Positions 59,850 to 64,000 of a DNA stretch of 64,000 nt are shown here, in pieces (positions within the stretch are counted from its first letter, which is position 1; the number at the start of each line of letters is the position of its first letter). Made by a program: the position numbers and the translations under genes. The stretch lies in the NCBI GenBank assembly GCA_002189035.1, contig NEEC01000016.1, forward strand, positions 2,108,001 to 2,172,000, read 5' to 3'. The notes beneath the pieces are model-generated. The model did not search any database. It saw only the letters and a program-made list of their open reading frames with translations, and was not told the DNA's origin. This DNA is from Utricularia gibba. Taxonomy: Eukaryota > Plantae > Magnoliophyta.

Positions 59850-62735
59850 GGTGAGCCGCAAATGGGGAGGTATAACTATTGAGTACGAGGCCATCTGCTG
59901 CTTATCATCTGCAATGCACTTCCTTAGTTGTGAAACATGGAAGACATTGTGTATCCCAGCATGATGTGCGGGTAGCTTAAGTTGGTAAGCAACTGCTCCG
60001 ACTCTCTTTTCAACCTCATTGGGTCCCATATATCTAGGAGCAAGCTTGGTCGACTTTCTTATTCGAGAGACATTCTTCATAGGCTTGACCTTTAGATATA
60101 CAAGGTCTTCAATGTCAAACTCCAGTGGCCTCCTATGTATCTTAGACCAACTCCTCATGCGGTCCTGTGCTGCATTCACATTCTTTCGCACCACGTCCAC
60201 CTTCTCCTTGGTGATTCCAATTAGGTTTAGTGCTACCACATGCTTATCACCAATTTCGTCCCAGTAAAGAGGATTTCTGCACTTCCTACCATAGAGGGCT
60301 TCATATGGGGCCATGTTTATGCTGCTGTGATGACTATTATTGTAAGCAAACTCAACTAATGGCAAGTAGTTGTCCCAAGCACCTCCAAAATCCATCACAC
60401 AAGCTCTCAGCATATCTTCTAGCATTTGATTTACACGCTCCGTTTGGCCATCAGTTTCGGGGTGATAAGCTGCACTAAAGTTTAATTGTGTACCCATTGC
60501 TTCTTGCAAACTTTTCCAAAATCTAGACACAAATCTGGTATCTCAGTCTGAAACGATGCTGAGGGGCACACCATGAAGCCTAACTAATTCTTAAATGTAC
60601 CTTTCAGCCAACTTATCAATTCCATCAGTCTCCTTGATTGCTAAGAAGTGGGCCACCTTGGTTAGTCTATCCACAATCACCCATATTGCATTATGCTTCT
60701 GATATGTTCTTGGCAGCCCCATTATGAAATTCATTATGACATGATCAAACTTACATTCCGGAATTTGTAGCAGCTGTAGTTCACCTCCTAGCCTCTAATG
60801 TTTAGCTTTGACTCTTTGGCAAGTGTCACACTTTGCAACGAACTCATCCACACTTCTCTTCATACCCGGCCACCACCACATAGTTTTCATGTCCCTATAC
60901 ATTTTGTTGCTTCTGGGATGCACTAAAAATGCAGAATTGTGAGCTTTACCTAAGATTTTCTGTTTCAACTCAGATCTATCTACCACTACTATTCTATCTT
61001 TAAACCTCAAAACACCCGCTGGTGAAATGCTGAAGTCCTTTGCTCTGTTTCCTGTCAAGATGTTCTACTTTTACTTCTGAATTATTGTATCAAGCTTCTG
61101 TGCCTCCTTAGCTTTGTCAACAAATGTGGGAGTGGCTAGGAGAGTGTGAAGCTACACATCTCCATCTGTGTCAAGCATCTCCATTCTTAATTCAGAAAGT
61201 CGCTCAGCTAACAATGTGACTACCCTCCCCTGACTCTTCCTACTAAGTGCATCAGCAACGGCGTTGGCCGTACCAGGGTGATACTTGATCTCAAGATCAT
61301 AATCCTTAAGAAGCTCCAGCCATCTCCTTTGTCTCATGTTCAATTCTTTTTGCGTGAGTATGTGTTTCAAACTCTGATGATCTATATAAACCACACACCT
61401 TGAGCCATAGAGGTAATGCCGCCAAATTTTTAGAGCAAATACAACTGCACCCAGCTCTAGGTCGTGGGTTGCATAGTTTGTTTCATGAGGTTTCAACTGC
61501 CGAGATGCATATGCAATCACTTTACCATGTTGCATCAAGACACACCTCAAACCTTCCTTAGATGCATCATTGTAAACCACAAAGTCTTCATCCATCCTAG
61601 GTAATACAAGAACAGGTGCTGTGGTGAGCTTTTCTTTCAGCAGTAGGAAGCTCCTCTCACATTGCTCACTCCAATCGTATTTTGCTCCCTTCTTCGTCAA
61701 TCCTATGAGAGGGCTAGCTATCTTTGAAAACCCCTCAATAAACTTCCTGTAATATCCTGTGAAACCTAAGAAGCTCCGAATTTCCTTCGAGCTTTCTAGT
61801 CGAGGCCACTCCTTAACTGCCGCAACCTTATTAGGATCAACCCTTATGCAATCAGTAGATACTATGTGGCCAAGGAAGGCAACACTAACAGCCAAAAGTC
61901 ACACTTGCTTAGTTTTCCGTAAAGTTGGTTCTCCCTCATATGCTGCAGTACAACTCTTTAGGTGTTCATCATGTTGTTGCTCATCCTTCGAATAAATAAG
62001 AATATCATCAATAAATACAACAACAAAGTTGTCCAAGTATGGCTTGAAAACTCTTCATCATATCCATAAACACGGCCGGCGCATTCGTCAACCTAAAGGG
62101 AACCACTATGCACTCGAAGTGCCCATACCTAGTTCTAAAAGCTATCTTAGGAATATCCTCCTCCTTCACACGCAATTGATGGTACCCTGAGCGTAAATCC
62201 AATTTGGAGAAAAACATAGCTCCTTGCAATTGGTCAAATAAATTGTCTATTCTTGGTAATGGATATTTATTCTTAATTGTCACCTTGTTGAGTTCTCGGT
62301 AGTCGTAACACAGTCTCAAACTTCCATCTTTCTTCTTGACAAATAGAATTGACGCTCCCCATGGTGATATACTTGGCCTAATGCGTCCCATGTCCAGCAG
62401 TTCACGTAGTTGCTTCTTCAGCTCAATCAGCTCTCGAGACGCCATGCGGTATGGGGCCTTGGATATTGGTTTGGTGTTTGATAGCAACTCAATCAACAGC
62501 TCCACTTCCCTTTTTGGAGGATGACTTGGTAGCTCATCAGGGAAGACATCATTAAACTCATTTACAACCGCAATGTCCTCTATCCTCTTCTCCTTAGGCT
62601 CTGTTGTGATGGACGTTATGTACCCAATGCACTCACTAATTGGTGTGCTGGGGAAATTATCTGGATATGCATCCTTCTCAAATTGTAGTAGCTTTCCATC
62701 CTTTAGTCTTAGACCATAGCATGCATATAACATTT
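59850..62735 (-). mobile_element. Tekay-type Ty3/gypsy pol remnant (RT-RH-IN)
   Basis: 62008-62733 ([42 protein letters not shown]). 61152-61895 ([30 protein letters not shown]). 60795-61058 (HPRSNKMY..CDTC). 59748-60530 (HPETDGQTER..KLAPRYMGP). No LTRs resolved. Confidence 0.93.
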
Positions 62736-64000
62736 TTTCTGGTATTTCTTGACTGGCTTATCCCAAAGGGATGCCTTAGACATGTCTGACATATGTTCAC
62801 ATAGCACATAGACAAAGAACATTGAGCACTTTACTCACTTCAAAAGGGAATACTTGTTTGGAAACCAACCAACAAGGGCAGCTAATCCTTGGAAGAAAAC
62901 AATTAAGGTTTTAAAAAGAGAATTTTAGGGACTCCAAAAAGATTTCGAAACATCAGAAACCCAAAAAAAACGTGCCCTGCTAGACTTTTCGCACAATGAA
63001 AAACAAGGAGGAACACAGGTTAATGGAAATAGGGAGAAATCTTTCGAAAACAGAATAGTAACACATAGGCAATCAATCATGTATGTTTCATAGAAGCATT
63101 AAAACATGCTTCTAAAAAAAAAGTAGCACTCATCCCACTTACCTTATCCCCTACAGAAGTAATCCCTTCCTACAACTAGAATCAAGAACTTCCCCCTTCT
63201 CACTAGCTGTATTCTCTACCCTCCTCTTCCTCTTCAACTATGATTCTTCAGGCTTTTTCCAAAATGACTCCATCCATCTAAACCTAATAGACACCATGAG
63301 TCGCCATCCCCCTTATTTTGAGGTTGCCATGTGGCCCTTCCTTTAGATAGCACCTGCTTCATCTCTATTGGTTGATAAAAACAACCTCCATACCGATGTG
63401 GGCCCCATCCTTTATTGATTTCATACATAACTATGATCATTAGAGAGGTATTATGCTAAACTCCAACAATGGATATCGCAGAACATAACAAAACCCTACC
63501 TTGAGACTTCCCAAGCGGAGACATTGGAATGGAATTTACAGCATGATATGCTTGGGCTATACGTGAGTGCACCCAAGGTATTATAATTGATATTAAAGTC
63601 ATACCTAAGCTAATAATTGGTGTTAGGATAAACCTCAACAAAAAATGTTGAATTTTTAAGAAAGGGTGGATGTGAGGTCCTTCCTAACGAATGATGGAAG
63701 GATGTTAGATAAATTGACATAATGGAATTATTATGTAAATCTTCTATGAAATTCTTTCTCAAGGATGATAAAACTTTCTTTATGGAAGCTTTTAAAACTA
63801 AATGTACTTAATTTGAAGTAATTTGAGTGTATAACATTTGTAAAAATGTTAGCTACAATAGGTTTTTAAATAATGGACACTGTTAGGTGTGAAAATCGAA
63901 GTCCGAGATGAGGCCGATTTTTTTGTTATAAATGCAACCGAAAATATCATGCCTTGTTATGTTTTTTTGCGATTTGTTCGGTGTGATCAAAAGAAAGAAA

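Overview
This is plant nuclear DNA made almost entirely of decayed, nested transposons. One host gene is intact: a 3-exon TOM1-like VHS+GAT gene of the TOL1 type (54975-56310, +). Two host genes are damaged: a frameshifted single-exon F-box/FBA gene (13704-14733, -) and an intron-containing NIF/FCP1-homology phosphatase pseudogene (~465-1266, +). Retroelements present are Ty3/gypsy Athila (several copies, at least three LTR families), Tekay chromoviruses, a CRM-type LTR, Tat, and Ty1/copia (Angela-like and Ale-like). The best-resolved structure is a hAT DNA transposon (38382-54261; 11-bp TIRs, 7/8 TSD) inflated to 15.9 kb by nested insertions. One insertion is a TSD-bounded non-autonomous Tat element that lacks all enzymes, keeps a long antisense ORF, and carries a 2.3-kb LTR-PBS-gag piece of an unrelated Athila. 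Other oddities are a copia LTR with PPT on one side and PBS on the other, and a ~620-bp fold-back hairpin upstream of the F-box gene. I found no rRNA, tRNA or CRISPR. Family assignments come from recalled motifs, not database searches. Identity values are manual counts or by-eye estimates. Boundaries without a TSD or TG..CA terminus are approximate.
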